Assembly: GCA_020054475.1 (NCBI GenBank)
Contig: JAHWGJ010000001.1
Span: 122,434 to 186,433, forward strand
Direction: 5' to 3'
From: Thermoplasmata archaeon
GTDB lineage: Archaea > Thermoplasmatota > E2 > DHVEG-1
DNA length: 64,000 nt
The translations under genes were made by a program, and so were the position numbers. The notes beneath the pieces are model-generated. The model had not been told where the DNA came from. It saw only the letters and a program-made list of their open reading frames with translations, and did not search any database. This document shows positions 37,214 to 46,406 of this stretch, in pieces (the first letter of the stretch is position 1; each line of letters starts with the position of its first letter).

Positions 37214-38539
37214 ATGAAAAAACCAATCTTTATGAAATATGTTCAATTATTAATTATATCTTTTTTAATGTTTAACACCACCACAATATTAATTTATGGA
37301 TCAAATGTAAATCAAATAGAAAAAGAACTTCCCCCTCCATTAAATATTGATATGATTTTAGAGGAAACGATTTTCAGGAGAATGTCTGTTAGAGAGTTCA
37401 CTGATAATCCAGTAAGCGATGAGGAATTATCAACTATACTTTGGGCGGCATTTGGATTAAGAGAGGATGGGAAACATACTATCTCAAAGATAAATAATAC
37501 CCATGCTGCAATAATTTATGTAATTAATGAAGAAGCAGCTTACAAATATAATCCAGAAAATCATTCATTAGTAATTTTTAAGGAGGGAGATTTTAGAGGT
37601 AATTTAGTACGTATTCAATATGATGCACCTTATCAAATAGGTCTTTGCTGGGATGCAGACAAAGCAGATCCTAATCAAGGTGGAGTAGAATTAGGACAAA
37701 TAGGGCAAAATATTCAATTTATGGCAAATGCTCTTAATCTTGGAACAGTAGTAACTGGTGAAATTCCACCAGCTATTGAAAGATTGGGTTTACCTGATAA
37801 TGAACAAGGATTGATTTTAATGCCATTAGGTTATCCTGCTATACAATATGATTTTATTGATAGGCCAATGTGGATTTCGCTTTTGCCAAAGATAAAATTA
37901 TCAGTTAACTCCTTAACTTATTCATTGGAGAATCTGAATGAAAATGAGAATATTAATGGAGATTTAACTGATCAGGAAATCAGCCAAATAATTTGGTCTT
38001 CTTATGGTTTCTCAAATTATATAGATAATAGCGAACAAGAACCTGTTCATTTAAGGAGACATAGAACCGTGCCAAGTGCACATGGTTATTATCCTTTTGA
38101 AATATATGTTATTACTGATGAAGGAATTTTTAGATACTATCATAACATTCTTATTGATATTATATCAAAATATTTTCCTGTTTTAAATTCTCCAGTTGAT
38201 TTTTTTGGATTACCAATCATTACATTTTTATCAAAGGTGAAAACTGGTGATTTCAGAGAAGAAATTGCTGAGATTACTTCTGAACCTAATATAAATGATG
38301 CTCCATTGATAATAATTCCTGTTTTAAATCTTGAAAATGCAAAGGAATTATCAATCGAATCTGCCATACGTTTCTGGTTCTATGAGGCTGGAGCATCAGC
38401 CCATAATATTATGTTGGAATCAACTGCTTTAGATCTATCCTCTAGAATTATATACCCAATAAATTCTGATTCAATCAATAATGTTTTAGAATTAAATGAA
38501 AATTATATTCCATCTTTAATAATCGCTGTTGGAAAATAA
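37214..38539 (+). CDS. Tandem nitroreductase-fold (SagB/ThcOx-like) protein with N-terminal signal/anchor helix
   Basis: ETIFRRMSVREFTDNPVSDEELSTILWAAFG, then a second unit DLTDQEISQIIWSSYGF. SD GGGAGAG lies 6 nt before ATG 37214. Confidence 0.55.
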   Translation: MKKPIFMKYVQLLIISFLMFNTTTILIYGSNVNQIEKELPPPLNIDMILEETIFRRMSVREFTDNPVSDEELSTILWAAFGLREDGKHTISKINNTHAAIIYVINEEAAYKYNPENHSLVIFKEGDFRGNLVRIQYDAPYQIGLCWDADKADPNQGGVELGQIGQNIQFMANALNLGTVVTGEIPPAIERLGLPDNEQGLILMPLGYPAIQYDFIDRPMWISLLPKIKLSVNSLTYSLENLNENENINGDLTDQEISQIIWSSYGFSNYIDNSEQEPVHLRRHRTVPSAHGYYPFEIYVITDEGIFRYYHNILIDIISKYFPVLNSPVDFFGLPIITFLSKVKTGDFREEIAEITSEPNINDAPLIIIPVLNLENAKELSIESAIRFWFYEAGASAHNIMLESTALDLSSRIIYPINSDSINNVLELNENYIPSLIIAVGK

Positions 38540-38602
38540 ATTTAATAATAAATATATTTTTATCTTATTGAGCATCATCAGAAAAATGAAGTATAATAAT
38601 TC

Positions 38603-38733
38603 ATGAAAAAATTAGGAGATGAGAGGGGATTTTGGTGGTGGTGAAGAGCATGGCAAAAAAAGTAGCCCTCGCATCTAGAAAATGAATTGAAGATCTAATT
38701 TATTAACATTAAAATAGGGCTATTGAAAGTATA
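38603..38733 (+). ncRNA. GC-rich intergenic element C (candidate structured RNA, weaker relative of A/B)
   Basis: 10-bp helix GAUGAGAGGG (38618..38627) / CCCUCGCAUC (38666..38675) with one A-G mismatch. Shares ATGAAAAAATT with B, AGAGGGGAT with A, and GG..ATTGAAAGTAT with A. Strand not established. Confidence 0.2.
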
Positions 38734-38910
38734 ATAAATGTTTTAAAATATTCTAATTTTAATATATAAAATCAACTATGCTTACTTGAAAATTTTCTAT
38801 TTAAATAATCATATTTATCTTTTTTTATTATGTTATATCCAAAAATCATAAATATTTAATAACAATATTATTATATTATTAATCTGTAAATAAATAGTAG
38901 TGATAATATT

Positions 38911-39363
38911 ATGATTTCAAATAAAAGTTTATTTATAATTTCATCAATTTTATTATTAATATCCCTCTCTGGAATAAATATAGTTCTCTCAAATGAATTG
39001 AATTATTCATCAAATTTTAATCTGAACAATCCACCCCAGATAATAAAATCATTAACTTATTATGATAAATATAACGATATTTTGTACATAGCAGCAAGGG
39101 ATCCAGATAATGACAAAATTTGTGTAGGTGTTGATTGGGATAGAGATCAAATTATTGATGAATGGTCTACTTATCGTAAAATTCAAACAAGATGGGAATT
39201 TAATTGTAATGGTAGAATGGGCTTAGTCTACATAATTGCTGAAGATGAGCATGGTTTAAGAAGTGAATGGTATGATGCCATTTATAAAATCAAAGGATTT
39301 AATCAAAATCCCTTCTTATCATCTCTCTTCATTAATCGATTTTTTTTAACCTATCCTTTTTAA
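38911..39363 (+). CDS. Small secreted protein with a degenerate PKD-like module and NR tail
   Basis: Signal peptide. NNPPQIIKS...DPDNDKICVGVDWDRDQ...AEDEHGLRSEW. Tail GFNQNPFLSSLFINRFFLTYPF. Confidence 0.45.
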   Translation: MISNKSLFIISSILLLISLSGINIVLSNELNYSSNFNLNNPPQIIKSLTYYDKYNDILYIAARDPDNDKICVGVDWDRDQIIDEWSTYRKIQTRWEFNCNGRMGLVYIIAEDEHGLRSEWYDAIYKIKGFNQNPFLSSLFINRFFLTYPF

Positions 39364-39417
39364 GTTGAAATTATATGAGTTAATATAACTATATTTAATT
39401 AAGAGGTAAATATGTAA

Positions 39418-40614
39418 ATGAACAAACTTATTACAGTAGGATGCATATTTCTACTTCTACCTAATTTTATTTCATTTTCTATAAGTTCTGAAATTATAAG
39501 AATCCAAGATTTTAAGGAAAATCCAACCGATATAGCATTTAATAAAAAAATTGAAAAATTAATGTCTGGAAATGATCCTATAAAAATCCTTTTTATCGGA
39601 AGTAGTTATTTTAATTTCAATAATTTACCATATATATTCGAAAGTCTAGCAGTAAGTTCAGGAAAAAATGTTCATATTGAGCAAAGAATTCCAAATGGAT
39701 GGTATCTTGATAATCATGCAAATAGTAATGAGACTGAAATGATAATCAATAAACAAGATTGGGATTTTGTAATTCTACAGGGAGGGGGAACAAATACGGC
39801 ATATCCTGATTATTTTACTGAACATCCTGTATTACCGGCACTTGAAATACTTAAAAATAAAATATATGAAAATTGTGAATCATCTAAAATCATTTTTTGC
39901 TTACCCTGGGCATTTGAAGATGGAATGACCTGGTATAATAATTGGACTGATACCTATAAAGATATGCAAATAAAAATATTAAACAATACAATAAAATTTT
40001 GTAAGGAAATTGGATTAAAAATAGCCCCAGTTGGATGGAGCTGGTATAAGGTTCTAGAAGAAATGAATTACCCACTGCATTATTTACATAAGAGTGATTG
40101 GAATCATCCATCACGTAAAGGATCTTATCTTATGGCTTGTGTTATCTACTCAACAGTTTTTTTAAAAAGTACTATGGGTATCCCTTATTATAATAGTATA
40201 CTTGAAGAAGAGGCGATTTATTTTCAGAATGTTTCATCAAAAACTGTTTTTGATAATCTTAGTCTTTGGAATCTAGTTGATGAAAATGACTCAACTCCCC
40301 CAAATATCAATATTATTTATCCTAATCCGGGATTGTATTTATTTAATAAAAAGATTATTAACCTTTCAAATAACATTATTGCAATAGGGGCTATTGATAT
40401 AGTTGCAGACGCATATGATTTCGAATCTGGAATAGAATATGTTGAATATGAATTAGTTAGATTCCCACTTTTTATAATTGGAATATTCCAATATGATTCA
40501 TATAAATACAGATTAAATAAACTCTCCTTGGGACGATGGTTTGTAACTATAACTGCTTATGATAATAATGGAAACAAAGCATTTGATAAGATTGAGATTT
40601 TAAAATATTTATAA
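39418..40614 (+). CDS. Secreted SGNH/DUF4886-like hydrolase with C-terminal Ig-like domain
   Basis: Signal peptide. ILFIGSSYFNFNNLPYIF...WDFVILQGG...WNHPS pattern. Confidence 0.35.
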   Translation: MNKLITVGCIFLLLPNFISFSISSEIIRIQDFKENPTDIAFNKKIEKLMSGNDPIKILFIGSSYFNFNNLPYIFESLAVSSGKNVHIEQRIPNGWYLDNHANSNETEMIINKQDWDFVILQGGGTNTAYPDYFTEHPVLPALEILKNKIYENCESSKIIFCLPWAFEDGMTWYNNWTDTYKDMQIKILNNTIKFCKEIGLKIAPVGWSWYKVLEEMNYPLHYLHKSDWNHPSRKGSYLMACVIYSTVFLKSTMGIPYYNSILEEEAIYFQNVSSKTVFDNLSLWNLVDENDSTPPNINIIYPNPGLYLFNKKIINLSNNIIAIGAIDIVADAYDFESGIEYVEYELVRFPLFIIGIFQYDSYKYRLNKLSLGRWFVTITAYDNNGNKAFDKIEILKYL

Positions 40615-40715
40615 ATTGTCTCTAATTAGGTTTCAAAATATAATGATCAAGAATATTATAATTAGCGGGTATTAGTATTCCAAATTTTTTTATATTCAAT
40701 TTTTATATTTTATAT

Positions 40716-41000
40716 TTGGGTATAAATATTCAAAAAGATGAACTTATTCAATTGCATATGTTTCTTGTTCAACTTCGATCTAACCTTGAAGATCGAATTA
40801 ATCCAAAATCGAATCATTTTTTATCCTATGATTTGTTAAATATTAATCCATATCAAGTTTTTAAATCCAAAAGGGAACAAGAACTAGCAGTCTTTGAAAT
40901 GAGTAAAGGATTTGCATATCTAATTAAAGAAAACAATCCATCTGCATTTCAAAATTTATGTTTTGAATTAGAAGAAATATGTAGAAAATTAAGTAAATAA
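40716..41000 (+). CDS. UPF0058 family protein
   Basis: KDELIQLHMFLVQLRSNLE...YDLLNINPYQVFKSKREQELAVFEMSKGFAYLI resembles archaeal UPF0058 proteins. TTG start. Confidence 0.55.
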   Translation: MGINIQKDELIQLHMFLVQLRSNLEDRINPKSNHFLSYDLLNINPYQVFKSKREQELAVFEMSKGFAYLIKENNPSAFQNLCFELEEICRKLSK

Positions 41001-41081
41001 TTATTAAAAAAGTATATTATATAATAAAAAAAAAATATATAAACTATAAAATACATTATAAAAATAAGTGATTATTTGACT

Positions 41082-42659
41082 ATGAGAATAAATATTTTTT
41101 TAAATTTAATTATCTCAATTTTGGTTATAAGTAATATTGGTGAAGCAGCTAATTTATCAAATTTTGATGAAAAACAAATAGATTTTGATAACAGATTTTT
41201 AGAAATTCAGAGCGAAATTATCAATAAAGAGGTAGACTGGGTTGCAAATTATTCATCATTTAAGAATTCATTACATTTTGTTGCAAATTATGACTTTGAT
41301 ATTGATAAAGAATTTACGGATGATATTAATTATTTGAATAATTTACCAGATAAATTTGATTGGAGAAATGTTAGTAATACTAATTGGATTACTCAAGTAA
41401 AGAATCAAGGTAGTTGCGGTAGTTGTACAGCTTTTGGGACTCTTGGAGCTCTTGAGACTGTTGTTCAAATTGAGTTAGGGCAACTTATCGATATTGATTT
41501 ATCCGAAGCTGATTTATATTATTGTAATGGTGGAGATTGTAATAGAGGTATTTCCATCTCAGACGCTGCTCAATATGTCTCAAGTATTGGAGTATCTGAT
41601 GAACTATGCTTTCCATACGTTACTAATTCTGGTGATTGTGATGATAAATCTTTTAATTGGGAAAATAGAGTTATTAAAGCAAAAAAGGGAACAACTAAAG
41701 GTGTGACTGGAATTAAAAATGCAATTTATCAATATGGGTCTGTTGTCTCAGCTTTTAATGTTTACGAAGATTTCTATTATTATTCAGGTGGTATTTATGA
41801 ACATGTTTATGGCATCGTAAAAGGAGGACATGCTATTACAATAGTAGGTTGGAATGATGATCCAGGTTATTGGATCTGTAAGAATAGTTGGGGTAGAGAT
41901 TGGGGTGAATATAATCCATATTCAAATAATGATGAGAAGGGTTATTTCAGAATAAAATATGATGAATGTGGGATTGGTAGAGATACACATTTTTTCTATG
42001 ATTTTTTCGGGAATATTCCGCCTTCTATTCCTAAAAATCTTAAACCTTATCATGGACAAAATAATGTCAATATTAATATTAATTTATCCTGGAATAATTC
42101 TTTTGATTATAATAATGATGAAATATCATATAATATTTATTTCTCAGAAGGATTAAATGTTGGATTTGATGATATTTTAATTGAAGGATTAACTAAGAAT
42201 TATTATAATATGTATAATTTAAATAAAAATTCTTATTATTCATGGTTTGTTGTTACAGAAGATGAATATGGGTCACAATCAATGAGTAATAAAATACTAT
42301 TTAGTACTAGATCCCCTCTTGCACCAATAGTTAATGGCCCATCATACATAAGAGTTAATAAAAATATTACATTTACAGCTTATCCCTCAGAGATATGCAA
42401 AGGAGATGAATATTATTGGGAATTTGATTGGGGAGATGGTACGAATACGATTCTTGGACCTTATAACGAATGTATTGAAATTAACGTATCACATATTTGG
42501 ACGAATAAGGGTGTTTATTCAATTAGAATAAGATATAGAGAAGATGACATTTGGAGTGATTGGTGTAATCTAAATATTAGTATTTATAAATTCAAAATTT
42601 TTAACAATATTCAAAATAGAAATTTATTTATATTCAATAGACTACTTATTTTCCAGTAA
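41082..42659 (+). CDS. Secreted papain-like (C1A) cysteine peptidase with C-terminal PKD-like module
   Basis: VKNQGSCGSCTAFG (Cys), GGHAITIVGWND (His), WICKNSWGRDWG (Asn/Trp). C-terminus EFDWGDGTNTILGPY...WSDW. Tail NLFIFNRLLIFQ. Confidence 0.8.
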   Translation: MRINIFLNLIISILVISNIGEAANLSNFDEKQIDFDNRFLEIQSEIINKEVDWVANYSSFKNSLHFVANYDFDIDKEFTDDINYLNNLPDKFDWRNVSNTNWITQVKNQGSCGSCTAFGTLGALETVVQIELGQLIDIDLSEADLYYCNGGDCNRGISISDAAQYVSSIGVSDELCFPYVTNSGDCDDKSFNWENRVIKAKKGTTKGVTGIKNAIYQYGSVVSAFNVYEDFYYYSGGIYEHVYGIVKGGHAITIVGWNDDPGYWICKNSWGRDWGEYNPYSNNDEKGYFRIKYDECGIGRDTHFFYDFFGNIPPSIPKNLKPYHGQNNVNININLSWNNSFDYNNDEISYNIYFSEGLNVGFDDILIEGLTKNYYNMYNLNKNSYYSWFVVTEDEYGSQSMSNKILFSTRSPLAPIVNGPSYIRVNKNITFTAYPSEICKGDEYYWEFDWGDGTNTILGPYNECIEINVSHIWTNKGVYSIRIRYREDDIWSDWCNLNISIYKFKIFNNIQNRNLFIFNRLLIFQ

Positions 42660-42728
42660 AAATTAACTATCGTTTACTTTATTAATTATTACCATATATT
42701 TATCTATATCTAGGGGAAATTTAATAAT

Positions 42729-43199
42729 ATGAAGAAAAAAATAATAATGATTATCATAAGTGTGATATTTATTTTTTCAATATCATCAGCAGTTGTATAT
42801 GCAGATTTTTTTAACAGTCCACCTAATCCACCTTTAATAGATGGTCCAATTTCAGGTCAAACAGGTGTTACTTATTCATATTATTTCACCTTAACTGATC
42901 CAAATTATGATGATTTAATGTTCAATCTTGAAGTTGATTTTGGCAATAATGTAATTACAGAGGATTGTGGATGTGATAAATCGTGGACTAATGGTACTAT
43001 TGTTGAAGTTCCTTATCAATGGAGTCAATCAAGTGATTATGAGATACGGGCTAGAGTTCAGGGGGAATATGGGGATTGGAGTGAATGGTCGGAACCATAT
43101 ATTGTAACAATGCCTCGAGTTTTGTCATATAGTTATTTTCAACATATAATAAACAGATTAATTTCAACATTTCCATTTTTATCTGAAATATTTTTTTAA
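42729..43199 (+). CDS. Stand-alone secreted PKD-like module protein with NR tail
   Basis: Signal peptide. NSPPNPPLIDGPISGQTGVTYSYYF...DYEIRARVQGEYGDWSEWSEPYIVTMP. Tail RVLSYSYFQHIINRLISTFPFLSEIFF. Confidence 0.55.
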   Translation: MKKKIIMIIISVIFIFSISSAVVYADFFNSPPNPPLIDGPISGQTGVTYSYYFTLTDPNYDDLMFNLEVDFGNNVITEDCGCDKSWTNGTIVEVPYQWSQSSDYEIRARVQGEYGDWSEWSEPYIVTMPRVLSYSYFQHIINRLISTFPFLSEIFF

Positions 43200-43340
43200 A
43201 ATTACTTATTATTAAATTATCTAATCAGATTTTTTAGCCATATCATTAAAATAATTTGTATAATCGACATTCTGTTCAATTATTCAATAATAAATTTTAA
43301 TATACGATAAAATATTTTATATATTATCGGAGGTAAGTAT

Positions 43341-45086
43341 ATGAAAAAATATATTGTATTATTGATTTGTTTTTTATTAATAGTTGCAACACCTATAGTA
43401 TTTTCAAAAAACGATGAATCCAATTTTAATGTTAACATTTCAAATATTAACGAAGGCTGGATGATAATGTATTATCTAAATGGGGATAATTTACTTTATC
43501 AAGTTCAACAGCAACTAGTGGAAAGAATTAAAAATATAGGATCTACAAATCAAGTACATATTGCAATCCTTCATGATAGCAATGAAAATAATGATACAAA
43601 GCTATATTATCTTGAAGGAACAAATCTTATCGAACAAGATTGGGAATTGGAGTCTAACATGGCAAATCCAAATACATTACGTGATTTTGTTCAAAAAGCA
43701 AAAGAAGATCATTCTTTCCAATATGATGGGCTTATAATTTCAACTAATAAAGGAAGTGGATGGCAGGGTATGCTATGGGATGATACAAATGGTAATAACA
43801 AACAAATTACACTCCCTGAATTCTCAAATGTATTTAATGAGATTACAGATGGGGGAAATGATAAATTGGATGTTCTTGGAATTGAAACATGTATGGGCGG
43901 AATGACTGAAAATGCCTATCAATTTAAAGAATATGCTGAGTATTATATTGCATTTGAAGATTGTTCAATAGCAGGATATCCTCCATACAGCTGGCCTTTT
44001 GATGGACCAATTACTGATTTAATCGCAAATCCTGATATGTCGCCTGAAGAATTTTCAGTTAATCATTTAAATTATTTTGAACCTAGAAAATTTACTATGA
44101 GTCGTCTCACTACAGTTCTAACAATTACAAAGTTAGATCAAATATATACAGTAAAAAACTCGTTAGATAATCTTGCTGAATTTTTCATTGAACATATTGA
44201 TGAATATAGGGATAATATCCATGATGCAATCGAAAATACAAGGGTTCTTGGGGAACTATGGTATATAGATTTTTATTTAGATCCTGTGCATTTCCTAAAT
44301 CTTTTATCTATTAATGATGCAGAATTTGAGTCAATAAAAGATGCGGTTATAAACGCTTATGAGGAAACGGTAGTTGCATTTGATAATTTGGAAAATGATC
44401 CAGTTTGTGGATTAAGTCTCCATATTCCTCATAGAAAAGCTGATTATGATCATAGTTTTAGATTTGATGAACTTTTGTCATCATATGAAGAAACAGAGTT
44501 TGTAAAGGACTCAGACTGGGATGAATTTCTTAAGGAATTTTTAGAGATTTCTGAAAATACACCCCCTAATAAACCAACAATTAACGGACCATCAAGAGGA
44601 TCACCTGAAACTGAACTTGAATTTATTGTATCAACCTCGGATTCTGAGGATGATGAAATCTATTTTTATATTGATTGGAATGATGGAACTACCAGCGGAT
44701 GGTTAGGTCCATATCAACCAGGAGAAGAGATTACTGCAAAACATACATGGGCTGAACAAGGGACATATAATGTTAGAGTAAAAGCAAAAGATTCAGACGA
44801 AAGTGAATGGGAAACATTATCAGTAAAGATGCCTAAAAAAATTGATACTACCTCATCATGGTCAGTCTTAATTGGAAAAATATCTGATATTGAAAAGGAT
44901 TCTAATCAGAGATTCAGATTTCTACCGATAAAAATGTTAGAATTTAGCTATAACATAGAAGATAAATTTTCAATTAAAATATTAGATGAGAATTATGGAG
45001 GTTATCCCTGCTGCGGATTTATAGATCCTACTGAATTTAAGGGTTTTTTTTCAAATTCAATTATTTGCGGATTATGGAAAATTTGA
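43341..45086 (+). CDS. Secreted clostripain-like (C11) protein plus PKD-like module; canonical His apparently replaced
   Basis: WMIMYYLNGDNLLYQ, VHIAILHDS and LDVLGIETCMGGMTENAY fit C11. The expected ..HG.GW reads STNKGSGW (Lys137). Later NTPPNKPTINGP...IDWNDGTTSGWLGPY...KAKDSDESEWETLSVKMP. Confidence 0.6.
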   Translation: MKKYIVLLICFLLIVATPIVFSKNDESNFNVNISNINEGWMIMYYLNGDNLLYQVQQQLVERIKNIGSTNQVHIAILHDSNENNDTKLYYLEGTNLIEQDWELESNMANPNTLRDFVQKAKEDHSFQYDGLIISTNKGSGWQGMLWDDTNGNNKQITLPEFSNVFNEITDGGNDKLDVLGIETCMGGMTENAYQFKEYAEYYIAFEDCSIAGYPPYSWPFDGPITDLIANPDMSPEEFSVNHLNYFEPRKFTMSRLTTVLTITKLDQIYTVKNSLDNLAEFFIEHIDEYRDNIHDAIENTRVLGELWYIDFYLDPVHFLNLLSINDAEFESIKDAVINAYEETVVAFDNLENDPVCGLSLHIPHRKADYDHSFRFDELLSSYEETEFVKDSDWDEFLKEFLEISENTPPNKPTINGPSRGSPETELEFIVSTSDSEDDEIYFYIDWNDGTTSGWLGPYQPGEEITAKHTWAEQGTYNVRVKAKDSDESEWETLSVKMPKKIDTTSSWSVLIGKISDIEKDSNQRFRFLPIKMLEFSYNIEDKFSIKILDENYGGYPCCGFIDPTEFKGFFSNSIICGLWKI

Positions 45087-45098
45087 TTTAAATTTATT

Positions 45099-46316
45099 TT
45101 AAATAATTAATTTTTCCAAATCTACTTTCCTGTTATATAATGAAAGATTTGATACCTTAAATCTGGATTTATCCGCAAGATAAGCATATTCCTCATCAAG
45201 TAATTTTGCAGCAGTTATTCGACCTATAGCATCTGCCTTCATTATTCCACTACCTGATGTACCGCTAACCCATGTTATATTTGATACATTTTCAATAACT
45301 GGATTTTTATCCGGCCAATGATATGCATAATATCCTGCCCATTTAAGATATAAAATATAATCTTTTAGTAATGGAAAATAATGTTTTAAAACTGGTTTAA
45401 TTGCTTTATCAAAATAATGAGGATTTGCATTAAAATCTGAAAAATTATATGGTTGCCCTAAATCATCAGCACAACCAACAATAATTGTATTATCATTTAA
45501 TACTGGTTTTATATATACCCCCCCTGCAGGTAGAATTATTGCAGGATAATTTAAAAATTTTTTATTAAATATATTCAATGAATCTTTAATTCTCAATCCA
45601 AATAATTGTCTTTTTTTAGGATAAATATTGGAAGCTATTCCTATTGATGATAAAATATTTTGAGTCCAAGCCCCAGTAGCAAAAACATAATTATTGCTAT
45701 AATATTTATCATTATTATTATCTATTAAATATCTAATTTTTATATCTTTCCAAGGTGCAAATAATTCCTTTTCACCAGTTAATTTTATTGATTTTATCTC
45801 TTTATTGAAAATAATATTCCCGCCTGATTCAATAAATGAATTTGCATAGTATTCTGCTAAAGCTAATGCAGATAGGGATCCGCATTTTTTACAAAAAATA
45901 CCATTTCTAATATTTTGAAAATTTTTACTTGAAAGAAAATTAATATTTAGATATTTTCCAATATCCTCTTCTTGAAAAATCTCAATTTCTAAGTTTTCTT
46001 TATCTAATTTATTAATAATATTTTTATTTGTTTCCCATTGTTTTTCTGAGAATAACCAAAGATAACCTGATTTATGTAATTTGATTTTGTCTGAAATTTT
46101 ATAATAAAAATTTATTGAACTAGTTGAAAGTTTTCTACTTATTTTAGATGAAAATAGATTTCTATATAAAGCTGCACTTTTTGCTGTGTTTCCAAATCCT
46201 GCTCTTTGGTTTTTTTCAATGATTAGTATATTTAGATTTGGATTTTTTTTCTTTAAATAATTAGCTGTTGAACAACCAATAACCCCTGCACCAACTATGA
46301 TATAGTCATAATTCAT
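45099..46316 (-). CDS. FAD-dependent oxidoreductase (DAO family)
   Basis: YDYIIVGAGVIGCSTANYL dinucleotide-binding motif at the N-terminus. Confidence 0.7.
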   Translation of the reverse strand: MNYDYIIVGAGVIGCSTANYLKKKNPNLNILIIEKNQRAGFGNTAKSAALYRNLFSSKISRKLSTSSINFYYKISDKIKLHKSGYLWLFSEKQWETNKNIINKLDKENLEIEIFQEEDIGKYLNINFLSSKNFQNIRNGIFCKKCGSLSALALAEYYANSFIESGGNIIFNKEIKSIKLTGEKELFAPWKDIKIRYLIDNNNDKYYSNNYVFATGAWTQNILSSIGIASNIYPKKRQLFGLRIKDSLNIFNKKFLNYPAIILPAGGVYIKPVLNDNTIIVGCADDLGQPYNFSDFNANPHYFDKAIKPVLKHYFPLLKDYILYLKWAGYYAYHWPDKNPVIENVSNITWVSGTSGSGIMKADAIGRITAAKLLDEEYAYLADKSRFKVSNLSLYNRKVDLEKLII

Positions 46317-46406
46317 AATAGAATAGAATTTGTTTTTCTATTATAAAAACATGTATTTTTAGTTTATTAATTTGAAATATTATTAACAAAAAAAGCTTAG
46401 AAATAT

